In this document: in pieces, positions 39,790 through 52,465 of the stretch | Layout: every line of letters starts with the position of its first letter | Numbering within the stretch: the first letter of the stretch is position 1 | DNA from: Isurus oxyrinchus | Lineage: Eukaryota | Length of the DNA stretch: 64,000 nucleotides | Direction: 5' to 3' | NCBI GenBank assembly: GCA_026770705.1 | Contig: JANJGN010000210.1 | Span: 620,001 to 684,000 of the forward strand | The notes under the pieces: model-generated | What the model saw: only the letters and a program-made list of their open reading frames with translations | What the model was told of the DNA's origin: nothing | Database searches by the model: none | Program-made: the position numbers and the translations under genes

Positions 39790-41700
39790 ACATACGAATT
39801 AGGAGCAGGAGTAGGCCACTCGGCCCCTTGGGTTTGTTCCACCATTCAATAAGATCATGGCTGATCTGATTGTAATCTCAAGTACACATTCCTGCCGACC
39901 CCGATAACCTTTCACCCCTTGCTTATCAAGAATCTATCTACCTCTGCCTTAAATATATTCAACGATTCTGTCTCAACTGCCTTTTGAGGAAGAGAATTCC
40001 AAAGTCTCACAACCCTACGAGAGAAAAAATAATTTCTCATCTCTAACTTAAATGGGCGACCCCTTAAAGATTGGTCCCTAGTTAAAGATTCTCTCAGAAG
40101 AGAAAACATCCTTTCCACATCCACCTTGACAAGACCCCTCATGATTTTATGTGTATCAATCAAGTTGCCTCTTACCCTTCTAAACTCCAGCAGATACAAG
40201 CCTAGCCTGTCCAACCTTTCCTCATAAGACAACCCACCCATTCCTGGTAATGATCAACTGAACCTTCGCTGAACTGCTTCCAATGCATTTACATATTTCC
40301 TTAAATAATGAGACCAATGTTACACATTGTACTCCAGATGTGGACTCACCAAGTGCCCTGCATAACTGAAGCATAACCTCCCTACTTTTATAATCAATTT
40401 CCCTTGCAATGAACGATAACATTCTTTCAGCTTTGCTAATTACTTGTGGTACCTGCACACTACCCTTTTGCAATTCATGCACTAGGACACCCAGATCCCT
40501 CTGAATGTCAGAGCTCTGCAATCTCATTCAAATATGCTTTTTTATTCGTCCTGCCAACATGGACAACATCACATTTTCCCACATTATACTCCATTTGACA
40601 GATCTTTGCCCACTCACCTAACCTATTTGTATCCTTTTGTAGCCTCCTTGTGTCCTCTTCACAATTCATTTTCCTACCTGTGTGTCATAAGCAAATTTAG
40701 CAACCATACCATTGGTTCCTTCATCCAAGTCATTTATATGAACTATAAAGAGTTGAGATCCCAGCACTGATCCTTGTGGCACACTAATCATCACATTCTG
40801 CCAATCAGAAAAATACTCATTTATGCCCACTCTCTGTTTCCTGTTAGCTAGCTAATCTTCGAATCATGTCAATATGTTACCCCCTACACTATGAGATTTT
40901 ATTTTCCACAATAACCTTTAATGTGATATCTTATCAAAAGCCCTCTGGAAATATAGGTACAGTGCATCCACCAGTTCCCCTTTATCCACAGCACCTATTA
41001 CTTCTTCAAATAACCCCAATAAATTGGTTAAGCATGATTTCCCTCTCACAAAACCTTGTTGACTCTTCCTGATTACCTTGAATTTATCTAAGTGCCCTGT
41101 TATAACACTTGTAACATTTTTCCTATGATAGATATTAAGCTAACTGGCCTATACTTTCCTGCTCTCTGTCTCCCGCCCTTTTCTATTTTTCTATCTGATG
41201 AGACCTTCCCCGAATCTAGCAAATTTTGGAAAAGTAAAACCAATGCATCAACTATCTCACTAGCCACTTCTTTTAAGACCAGAGGATGAAATCCATCAGG
41301 ACAGGGGGACTTATCAGCCCGCAGCTCCAACAATTTGCTCAGTACCACTTCCATAGTGATTGTAATTTTCTTGAGCTCCTCCCCACTTCCAAATCTTGAT
41401 TTACAGCCATTCTTGGCATATTACTTGTATCCTCTATAGTGAAGACAATGTAAAATACCTCTACAATTCATCTGCCATTATTAACTCCCCAGACTCACTT
41501 TCTATAGGAGCAACCCTCACTTTGTTAACTCTTTTCATTTTAAAATATCAATATTTACTCTTACTATCTGTCTTTATATTTCTAACTAACTTTCTCTCAT
41601 TCTCGACCTTTTCCTTCTTTGTTAATCTTTCAGTTATTGATCTCTTTTTTTAAATTCTGTCCAGTCTTCTGAGCTGCCACCCATCTTTCCACAATTATAT
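39790..41700 (-). mobile_element. CR1 LINE ORF2 3' half, decayed
   Basis: KSPCPDGFHPLVLKE, YRPVSLISIIGK, QRDLGVLV, GLSYEERLDRLGL. Confidence 0.9.
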
Positions 41701-41791
41701 TTCAGCAGAAACAAACTCCAGCTGTCAAAATGAAAGAATTCAATCCTGAACAGGATTAACAGCAACAGTAACCAGATTTCAATTCCCAAAG

Positions 41792-42333
41792 TCACTTATG
41801 AACTCGCTGGTGTGTAATCAGATCCTTTTCACTTTTAAAGGTCTTCTCACAGTCAGAACATTTAAAAGGTCTCTGATCAGTATGAACAAGTTGATGTGTC
41901 AGAATGTGGGATGACCGAATGAATCCTTTTCCACACATGGAACATGTGAATGGCCTCTCGCCAGTGTGAACTCGCTGATGTGTCAACAGGTCAGATGAAT
42001 TGGTATATCCCTTCTTGCACATGGAGCAGGTGAATGGCCTCTCCCCAGTGTGAATTCGCTGGTGTGTCAGTAGTTTGGATGGCCGATTAAATCCCTTCCC
42101 AAAGATAAAGCAGGTGCATGGACTTTCCCCAGTGTGAATTCTCTGATGCGTCAGAAGCCTGGATAATCGGTTAAATCCCTCTCCACACAAGCAACAGATG
42201 AATGGACTCTCCCTTGTGTGAATGCGCTGGTGTGTCAGCAGGTAGGATGACTGAGTGAATCCCTTCCCACACACAGAGCAGGTGAACGGCCTCTCTAAAC
42301 TGTGAGTTTGCTGGTGCCTCAGAAAGTTTGATG
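41792..42333 (-). pseudogene. 5'-truncated C2H2 zinc-finger gene
   Basis: About 6 fingers; the 5' end stops abruptly in mid-finger at an AT-rich junction. Confidence 0.8.
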
Positions 42334-42444
42334 AATGATGAATAATATTATTATTATTATTATTATATTATAATAATATTATGAATATTAATACAGCATT
42401 GCAGTATCTTGCTTTCAATCTCAAAGACAACCTCTTGTAGTTCG

Positions 42445-44140
42445 TTTCCTCCCGACCAGATCGATGGCCCATGTGACCACCATCGTGACCATTGCCTGTA
42501 GGAGCTGAGGTGCGGTATCGCACACTCCTGCAGAAACAACAGGTCAGCTTTGACCTTGGCAAGGTAATCCAAGGTCGCAACACATCGCGTAGTAGATTTA
42601 ATGCTACGCACATTTATGGATACAATCTTTACACCCATTTTAAAGCAGTTAGTCGCTTACCAAACCTGTTGTATTTGAGAGTTCCAGACCATTGGTCTGC
42701 TCCTTCATGCCCGTGGTGTGCTCAGATTGCTTCACTTGGGATGGGCTGAGGAAAGCGTCCTGAACCTCTCCATTGGAGATGTTCTGCTCGGGTGGCATCT
42801 GGAGGTCCATGCATTAAGCGGGGTTTGAAATGTCCTCTGTTGGAGAAGCTTCTCCAATCCTCTCCGCCTCTGGGGCGTTGCTGCTCCCAGCTTCCCGGAG
42901 CTGGGGTGCATTGAGCGCCTCACTGTTCCCAGATTCCTGGGGTTGTGGTGCACTGGCCTCTTCGGGTTGTGGGCAAAGTTGGGGTGCGCTGGTCTCTTCA
43001 TTGTCTCCAATGTTCTGGAGCTCGGGTGTCTCATCCTCCAACTCCCTAGCGTTTTGCCGCTTCTTCTGTTGGCGCTGCCCTGGCCCTTCTTCGTCCGAAG
43101 AGCTGCTGCTCTTGTCATCCGTGTCGGATAGGAGACGCCTCTTGACTCTTGTCTGGGAAGTGGCTTGGTTTCTTTTTAGCCCCTTCTTCCTTTTGGCTCT
43201 CTTCACCAGCTGCCACTCCCCCTGCTGCTTTCCCACTGCTGCCTCCTCCTCCTCCATTGATTCGCTCTCCTGAGGAGTGGGAGGTTCAGGGGGCAGTGCT
43301 GTTGGTTGGCCGTCTGTTGCCCCAATCTTTTCCTCCACCTTGTCTCTCTCTGTGTCCTCCTTTGTCCCGTTGTCCTCCCTGGGGGCCTTGGTGGTTGGAA
43401 TGACGTGAGGAATTTCATCTGCTTCCCCCTCGTTGGCTTTAGCTGCCTGTGCATAAGTAAGGCAACGTTTGGGGCAGGTCTTGTAGAGGTGACTTGCCTC
43501 GCCACACAGGTTGCAGCACTTAGCCAGTTTACAATCTTTTGTCTGGTGCCCTTCCTTTTTGCAGTTCTTGTAGAGGGCGGCACTGCAGTTGGCCGCCACA
43601 TGACCAGACTTGCCGCATGAGCTAGAAAGTTTGGGTTGCCCAGCGTAGACAAGGTACCCATGGCTTCTCCCGATAGCAAATCTGGAAGTGGGGTGGAAAC
43701 TGGCTCCCTTACCGTCGGTCTTGAGCATTACATTAACCTGGCGTTTACATGTCCAGATCCCCAAATTATCTTTAACCTCAGTGCAGCTCCCAACCTTATC
43801 GAAGTACCTGATAAGGAAGGTGAGCACGTCAGCGACAGGGACGTAGGGGTTGTACAGATGCACCATTGCAACCCGTTCTCGTTGCAACGGTAGAGCAAAG
43901 AGCGGCTCCGCTGTCAGGATCTTCATTTCTGGCAGGTCTTCCTTTTCCTCAAACACCTTCAGGAGTTTGACACAAGCTGCCACTTGCTTGAAGGTCACAT
44001 CAAAGAAACCAGCGCTGGGGAAATCCTGTAGGCAGTAGATCTCCACAGCCTCAAAACCACACAGCTTGAATAGGATCCTCTTGGTGAAGAAGGTCCTATC
44101 CATTCCTATTCCTTGCTCGCTGCCCTTCACCATGACTCAG
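42445..44140 (-). mobile_element. Tx1-clade non-LTR retrotransposon: ORF1 (zinc knuckles) and the first 65 codons of ORF2 endonuclease, 3'-truncated
   Basis: 439-aa ORF with CNLCGEASHLYKTC and two degenerate CCHC knuckles; ORF2 starts MGVKIVSINVRSIKS..ADLLFLQE. Confidence 0.85.
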
Positions 44141-47100
44141 ATGGTGTTAGGTACCCCATGGTAAGGGGTTTGACTGGTTATAGCCATAGCTCATTCCCTG
44201 GCAGAAACGCAATGAAGGTCTCTCCCTTGCCAGGTAAGTATCCAAAAATTGCAAGAAAAAAGAGCACACAACGCCAGGGTATAAGGTATAAGGTCCATCA
44301 CGAATTGCCTTTCAGAGGGTGGTGGCGAGCCGCCACCTACCAATTGAGTGGTTTTCTGGGTCATTTCAGAAGGCCGTTAATGTTCAACCACATTGTTGTG
44401 GATCTGGAATCATATCAGAGCCGGAGTAGATGTCCTTCCCTGAAGGACGTTAGTGAACTGGGTAAAGTTTATTGCGATGATCTTGTAGTTGCCTGATCAC
44501 TATTTCTAGCACTTCAACTTTATTCCAGAGTTATTTATTATCTCCATTTAAATTAATTAGTAGAATTAGAATTGCAACTCATGTCATTGGCTCAGGCCTC
44601 TGGATCATTAATCCAGTGACGTAAGCATGAGTTTCTGCTCGCGGAACATAACCTGGTTCCCGTGAAAGGTCTATGTTAAATTGTACATTCCTTTTCTCAG
44701 CCACAAAAATTTTTTGCAAACACGACTGATCTCGGTTATCTACCGGGGATTTTGTCATGTATGAAATAACACAACAGCATTTCCTTCCTCGCTCAACCAG
44801 CTCTGGCGAGAGAAAAATGTTTCAGAACACAGAGTAGCAAAATCATTAGAACAAAGTAGCGGCGACTCAGTAAGATACGATACAAAAAGTAAATATTCAC
44901 CTGGTTTTCTCATGAAAGCGATAAAGAACAGAAACATAACTACTTATGTTAACTTACTCGGTAAGTATAATCATTGACTTTGTAATTAAAAATATTTGAC
45001 ACCAGTGATTATTTTGATCAGATCTCCGCATTCATTTTTAGACTTCATTTAGTTCATAACTTCATGGCTTTCGTTGTAACAGCAAACCCATAAAGAGACA
45101 AATTAAAGGGCAATTTTAGCGCAGAATGGGAAATAGTGATTGATTGGCTTAATGTAAAGGAGCCCAAACTCAAAGGGAAGATCACTATATTGACTCTAAA
45201 CTATTAATTCAGTAGCCTTGGGCGAGTATTTCAAAGACATACAAACATACGAATCAGGAGCAGAGACAGGCCATTCGGCCCCTCTAGCCTGCTTCGTTAT
45301 TCAATAAGATCTTGGCTGATCTGAGCATGGCCACAGCTCCACACTCCCACCTGCACTCGATACCCTTGGACTTCCATGGGGCAGGAACCGTTTTTAGGCT
45401 GGATCGAATGAGCTGACAGTTTTACACTTGGTCCGATTTCCAAGCCTCCGATGTCAATGGGACAGAGGACTGCATCGAGTGTAAAACTGGCAGCCAGCTT
45501 GCTTCACAGCTCAAGATCAATTTCACACCTCAACCATTTCAGGTAGGTGAATCTTAACTTCAGGCAGAAATGTGAAATGGCTGTTAATGAATCTGCAGCT
45601 CATTCCACATCCGTCCAGAATTGTAATTCACCTGAAAACAATGGAACCATAATTCAAGGCACATATAACAACGGCAATTGCCATTTTTAGACTAACACAA
45701 AATCAAAATCTACCTAAAGTTGGTATCATTAGATATGTATTCTTCAGTTACTCACTTGTAGAAGGATATCCGTGAACTATCGATTTCGAAAAGGTTACCA
45801 GAATATTACTTTTTAGAAATCAATCTAGCAACCTGTGCAGCCTTCGCATGGGATGGTGGAAAGGAATAGACGCAGAGTTTTGGGTTTTTCAGAGACTTAA
45901 TTATTAATGCTTGAGTTTAAAACAAAGGAATATTAAAACGGTGGAAAGTTTGTATATCCCTGATCAAATGAGTTTAAAGAAATGCCTGAAGATGACTATA
46001 TCACAATTTTTAATTGTCATTGACAGAACCAGCTTCATACAACAGTGATAAAAACAAAAAAAATTGCGGATGCTGGAAATCCAAAACAAAAACAAAAATA
46101 CCTAGAAAAACTCAGCAGGTCTGGCAGCATTGACGGAGAAAAATAAAGCTGACCCTTCAACAGAACTGAGTAAAATTAGGAGATGGGTGAAATATAAGCT
46201 GGTTTAAGGTGGGGGTGGGGGGGTGGGGTTGTGGGGAGAGATGTGGGTGGGGGGGGGGGGGGGGGGCCGGGCGGTGGTTGTAGGGACAAGCAAGCAGTGA
46301 ACAAGGCAAAAGAGAGATACGAAAATCCTGTCGGAGAGAAGAGCAGTACTTGTTCAAGGTAGGCATTTCTTGAAGAGAAGTGGCAGTCAATTAAACACAG
46401 AGATAAAAACAAAAAACTGCGGATGCTAGAAATCCATAAAACAGTGCTTTGTCCAATTGATGGTTTAGCCCAAAGACTTACCCGGAACTCCAATAGCAGC
46501 AAGAATTGGATAGTAAATGGCATAAACTACACCAGATATTCGGCCGTGCATTTTCTGAGAAGAGATGTTCTCTGCCCGTGATAGTTGATGACAGAGATTC
46601 TCTGTGTTATTTATACTGTTGGAATTCTACAGAGAGACAATTAGCTTCCATAATTATTTACAGTTACCCGAACAAATAGATTCAGCAATTATTTTTCATG
46701 TTATTTTTGGGAGGTAATAGAATGTTGGGAGACACTTGGGAGACGATTATCGAGTCTTGATGCCTCATGCAACCCAATGTAGTTTATAATGTAACTTGTT
46801 AGTGCTTGCGCAGATCTAAAATATGCTTAGTTATGTGGAATGTTCATTTATGGGAGACACTGAAAGAAACATTGTTAGCTATTAGGCCGAAGCCAGCATA
46901 GCTCAGTGACGTGAGACCACGTAAGAATCAGAATGACAGTGACAGTCAAATTGCAAGTTATACCACACAATGGAAGTTATATCCACACAATGCAAGTTAT
47001 GCCAGCAGCAGCCAAGGAATATCCACACAACACAAAGCTTAATCTCACAACATCAACACGCATTTACACACGTTTAACATGTATTATAACATTTTAAAAC

Positions 47101-48720
47101 ATTTTAAATGTTACCAAGCGCCTTACACGGGCACAATAAAATAAAATTGTGATTAAGTCACATAACGAAATAGTAGGATATTTTTGTATCAGTCCTAGGC
47201 TCCTTGATTCTGACGTTAGGCTCTTTTTCTGTGAATGTTTTAATGGATCCACATTATTTTACACTTCCTCTTTGATTATTACACTAGGTTCTGTCTCTGT
47301 TAGTATTCATCCTAATTATTGTTGTATTCCCAAGTCCATATATTGTGCTTTAAGAGGATACAGCGATAAACAAGATCCAGAATGTGTTTACTACAACAAC
47401 ATTGCATTGAATTGATGGCAAGTACTCCTCGAAAACTATTGTATCTGCATTACGTGTTGACTGTACGAAATCGTTGTTAGTAATTAAAAATAAGCAATTG
47501 ATGTTCAGCCACCTGACTGAATCAATGCATTAAAAAATGTCACTTTCTTCCGATCCATATTTTAACCACTAATCATCCCTCCTAAATACTAAACTTAGCC
47601 AAACAGCTAGAAACCCTTTAAGAACTGTGGTTTTATCCCTCTTCCAAGGACCGGGTCAAAAGTTACACGATTTACAAGCCGGGCGTTTTAATGCTGGGCG
47701 GAGCCTAAAAATACGCCGTCACCTCCTGACCCCGGATCAAGGGAGAAAGAGCCAATCACCGTGCTGTTATCCTGCTGACAATATTTTGCCCTGAGCCATT
47801 GAAAACCGGATGCCAGGTTTCTGTGACAGACAGTCGGCCCTGTATGTGTGTGTGTGTGATACAGCAGACTGTGCATATCTGACGTGTTTGTAGGTAAAAA
47901 GGCTCGATTTATACGAAACATTATATAAACATTCGGTCTTAATGGACAAAATTGATCGTTTGTCCAGCCGCGAAGGACGATTCTCGCAGAGTGCCGCCCG
48001 CACAACCTGTGCCACAGAAAGGGGCCTTCCCAGGCGCATTGAATTGTTGGAGCCGCTTCTTTCCACGGCCCATTCACCAAGGAAGGGAATCGAAACCAAC
48101 CTCCTGTTCTTTTTCTCTGCCCTTCCACCTATAGAAACTGTTTATTTTGATCTACTCAGCCCAGGGCCACATGATTTTGAGCACCTCTATCAGATCTACC
48201 CTGAACCTTCCATTCTCCATGGACAACAAACCCAGTTTCCCCAATCTATACAATTAACTGAAGTCCTGCATCCCTGGGACGATTCTGGTAAACTTCTCTG
48301 CGCCCTTTCTAAACCATTCACATCCCTCCTAAAGTGCGATGCCCGAAGTGGACATAATGCTCCAGTTGAGGGGTAATCAGTGCTTTCCAGGGGAACAGTA
48401 GTATTCCTTTGCATTTGGACTCTATGCCACTGTTATGATGCCGATAATCCCGGATGTTTTAGCATTAGTTCTCAGGCTGCTAGGCCACCTTCAACCATTT
48501 ATGCCAAAATAGTGCACATCGCTTGTTCAAGAATGGATAATTGAAAGAATTTTTTTGGCAGGGGTATGGCGGCGGCTCGAAGTATAAAAATATTAAAGGC
48601 TCTGCGGAGCCAGAAAGAATGTGCGAACTTGATGTCTTTAACGATTTTATTCTGTGCTACAAAATTATAAAGTCAATTGAAAATACATTCGTGGAGTGAT
48701 TCCCTCCCCCCACTACCCTT

Positions 48721-48752
48721 CTGTGTGTGTATGTGTGTGTGTTTATGTATGT

Positions 48753-48786
<34 letters not shown>
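48721..48786. repeat. (TG)n microsatellite adjacent to the RSS array
   Basis: Seen directly. Confidence 0.9.
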
Positions 48787-48788
<2 letters not shown>

Positions 48789-48873
48789 CCTTTCAATTTA
48801 AACCTGAAAGTTGACAATTATTTGAACTCTTTCCGTGCCTTCCATTACTGTGTCTATAATCCCGCCATGTTCA

Positions 48874-49271
48874 GGTTTTTGTACAGCTTTCTCTGTGCTC
48901 TGTATCACTGTGTGTCTATAATCCCACCATGTTCAGGTTTTTGTACAGCTCTCTCCGTGCTCTGTATCACTGTGTGTCTGTTATCCCACCATGTTCAGGA
49001 TTTTGTGCAGCTCTCTCCGTGCTCTGTATCACTGTGTGTCTGTTATCCCACCATGTTCAGGATTTTGTGCAGCTCTCTCCGTGCTCTGTATCACTGTGTG
49101 TCTGTAATCCCACCATGTTCAGGTTTTTGTACAGCTCTCTCAGTGCTCTCTATCACCGTGTGTCTGTAATCCCACCATGTTAAGTTTTTGTACAGCGCCC
49201 TCCAGTTTCTGTATCACTGTGCACCATGCTGAGGTTTTTGTACAGCTCTCTCCGTGCTCTATATCACTGTG
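48874..49271 (-). repeat. Tandem array of seven 23-spacer recombination signal sequences (mostly 62-bp period)
   Basis: Heptamers start at 48906, 48968, 49030, 49092, 49154, 49215, 49265; nonamers start at 48874, 48936, 48998, 49060, 49122, 49183, 49233; every spacer is exactly 23 bp. Confidence 0.95.
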
Positions 49272-49571
49272 CTGTGCGCCGACTCAGTTCACAGTAATAA
49301 ACTGCGGAGTCGCTCAGTTGTAATTTGGAGATCTTCAACCGGCTGATTTTCTCGGTAGAATCGGTAGAAGCAGAAATTCTCCTCCAGGCAGCATTTTCTT
49401 TATTCTCCTCTCCAGAAATGTGTCCCTGAAGCAGATATTCCGGAGCCTGTCCTGGGGACTGACGGTACCAGTGTACTGTGCAGAACCCTGAATATCCCCA
49501 GTTTAAAGCAACGGTGTCACCGATGGCAGAGATTTCTAGAGGCAAAATCCGGGAAATTATGGAACTGGAAT
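49272..49571 (-). CDS. Leaderless supporting TCR-delta V segment of NAR-TCR; first canonical Cys replaced by Trp
   Basis: Phase-1 acceptor tttttttatcctccag; (D)SSSIISRILPLEISAIGDTVALNWGYSGFCTVHWYRQSPGQAPEYLL..LQLSDSAVYYCELS; CDR1 Cys; consensus CACAGTG-23-ACAAAAACC follows. Confidence 0.88.
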
Positions 49572-52465
49572 CTGGAGGATAAAAAAATGAACACAGCCAA
49601 TATTTGTCCAGGAGAATTTGTCAATCGCGTGAATAGCTCTGCTTTTTGCAGTAATTTTATTTGCTGGAAGCCTATTTGAACCTTGTTCACTGTTATGAAA
49701 ATATGACCAAATGGGGAATTAGGTGATGTTTTATTTTACATCGCGAGTTCTTCCGATCAGGACTGCACTGTCTGAATTGGTGTTGGGGATAGATTCAATA
49801 GTAACTTTCAAACGGGTAATGGGTCTGTGCTGGAAATGTAAATAAAAATATAGAGCAAGGAGAAAATTCATGGACAGTGGGAACAATTGTATTACACTTT
49901 TAAAGGGTCAGCGCCTACACAATGGGCCAAATGTCATCCTTCCGTGCTGGATAATTCTATGAATTATATTACATTCCGGTTTCTACTTTCCTTGGTGAGA
50001 CACATAGCTGGGGGAGCATTTTATGATCAGTGAGTCAATCAATTTCCAAAAAAAACATGTTTGTTGCAGAGAAACACAGCTGTGTGGCATCACTGCGCAC
50101 AGCAAGATCCAACACAAACTGACGGGATTCATCAGCACCGATCGGGCCAAACCGAGAGTGAGCATCTCTCGTGATGAAAGGTCAATCATTTACTGCGGTT
50201 TAAAACGGCTTGGGAATTTCTATCTGCCATTTGCTCTATTTCTATATGTTCTATCAATAGGGTCCACTTTTCTCCAGTTCAGCTTAATTTCGAACACATG
50301 CAATTAATTTCATTTTATTTCTTTAAGTTCACATTCCCTTTATTTCATGTTAATTTTGTGCTGCTTGTGCTTTTTGCAATCGTGGGAACTTGTCCCAAAT
50401 TTTCACAGTTGTCGGTTGGGCTCAGTCTGTTCAGTTTCCGCAGCGATTTTAACTGTTACTCACTGGGAACTGCCTCTTCTAGCTCTCTGACAATTTCAAT
50501 TCCTTCCGCCCATTGGTTGATTCTCTCCTGGGTTCACTGGGCGGAGTTCTCTCTCAATTTTACATTACAGAGGAAGAAGAATGCAAAAGAGGAATGGGCC
50601 ATTCAGCCTTTGTATATAATCAATTCCAGCTTGACCTCACCAGTAACCTAACTGACCATTTCCATCCAGCTCCCTGTGTTGGTCTGTTCCGTTCTCCCTC
50701 CTGAAATTTCAAGTGTTCCAATAAATATATCAATACTATCTGCCCCGACCTCTCCCTGTGGCAGCAAGTTCCACATTCTAACCTGCCTTTGTTTAAATTC
50801 ATTTGTCTTAAATGTTTTATTTGTTCTGTTAGTTACTGTCATATGTTGACAGCTATTGCTTTGCACTCAGCCACAAATGAACAATTTCTCCACCATAAAA
50901 CAGTTCATGATTCAAAAGATTTCTATGGATTCTCCTCTTGGTTCTGTTTTCCAGAAAAAAGAGACCCAGCCTGTTCAATCTTCGCAAAGAGATGTGGATT
51001 GTTGCTGATTTCTTTTCTCAGGAGTGTAAAAAATCAAAGCAGAGAATCCAATCAATAGAAACAGGAGCCCCCATATCACCTTTCAAACCTGCTCAGCCAT
51101 TCAGGAATATCCTGGCAGATTTATAACCTCATCGTCACATTCCCGCACTCTCCCCATATCCCTGATCTTTTAGTGTCCGCAAACCTATCAAATATTGTCT
51201 TCAAAGCAAACAGATACTGAACATCCACAGCCCTCTGAGTTACAGAATACCACAGATTCACAACAATGGTTCTACTGAAGATGCTTTTTTCCTTCTCAGT
51301 TCTAATGGATGACTCTTTACTCTGAAGCTGTGACCCCGAGTTCTATACTCCTCAGTCTGGGGAGACACCGACCCAGAATCTCCCCTGTCAAAACTCTTCA
51401 GTATATTGTATGTTTTCATGAGATCACCTCTCATTCTTCTAACTCTAGGAAATATAGACAGAGACGACTAAATCTCTTCCCATTGGACAATCCCTTCATC
51501 TCAGGAATCAGTCTGATGAAACACTGTTACACTCCTTCCAATGCAGATTGATCTCTCTTCTGTAAGGAGAACAAAACTTTACACAGCATTCCGGACTGGA
51601 GTCCATTTCAGTCCTTCCCTCCATAAACCTCGTCCAACAGCTTGGGGTCGGATTGTACTTTAAAAGGCACCCAGAAATCATTCAATCCTTCCCTCCCGTT
51701 CGATTCCTTATTTCTTGCTGGTTCTCAATGAACATTCCCACAGTTTCCTTCTGTCCCTATTCTCCTTTATAAGATTAATGCATTACCCTGACTCGCTCAC
51801 TGCACTGTGCTGTTTCAATTCCCAGTAATCAGGGATACAGATAAATTATAGCAATCCCATCTCTCAAACATCTACATTCAATATAGAAAAGTGTCTGCAG
51901 ATCCAAACTTTCACATTTCAGTCTGAGGGCGGAAAAGCAGGAAAGTGATTCGTTTTATGAATTTCAGTCATTGATTGTCCAAAAATAAAATTCCACCTGG
52001 ACCTACATCAGGGTTTTATTTCTGAAGTCCGTGGTGTCACTCTCCCGTTTTTCTCCCGGGTCAGGTACTGAACGAGCCGCTGCAGGTATCCGAACTGGCC
52101 GAATTTGTGTTGAGTTTATTCACCCGGTGCCTCATGCACATTGCGTGGCTTGGACTGCAATCTGCTACCCAGGAGAGAGCTCTGTGACCCCGCCCCCGAG
52201 CTCTAAGGGACAGACAGAGTTCCCTCGGTCACAGTTAACACCAGGTGTGGAGTCCGGATTGTCAACAATCTGCGCTCATTAAAAGCGATTCAGCGTCTGA
52301 GGGTCCATGATGTTGATATTGTCCCCGATGTGCCCGTTAAACCAATAATGGCCCAGAATCCATCAACTCCCACATCCCACCCAAACTCCACTGATATCAA
52401 TAATAAACTGTCTGTGAACATTACCCGGGACAGTCTGTAACCCGGCGGGGTTTGGAGTCACTTAC

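Noticed and set aside
48906-48944. Bidirectional RSS, since heptamer-to-next-nonamer distance is also 23 bp
   Set aside because: Read in the + direction the nonamer is GGTTTTTGT, the wrong orientation for a functional RSS
48696-49183. Cys-rich repetitive ORFs on the + strand
   Set aside because: They are translations of the (TG)n tract and the 62-bp RSS array; the unit length is not a multiple of 3
48874-49271. CRISPR array or a cluster of true D segments
   Set aside because: Eukaryotic DNA, linkers are near-identical rather than unique spacers, and no 5' 12-RSS flanks them
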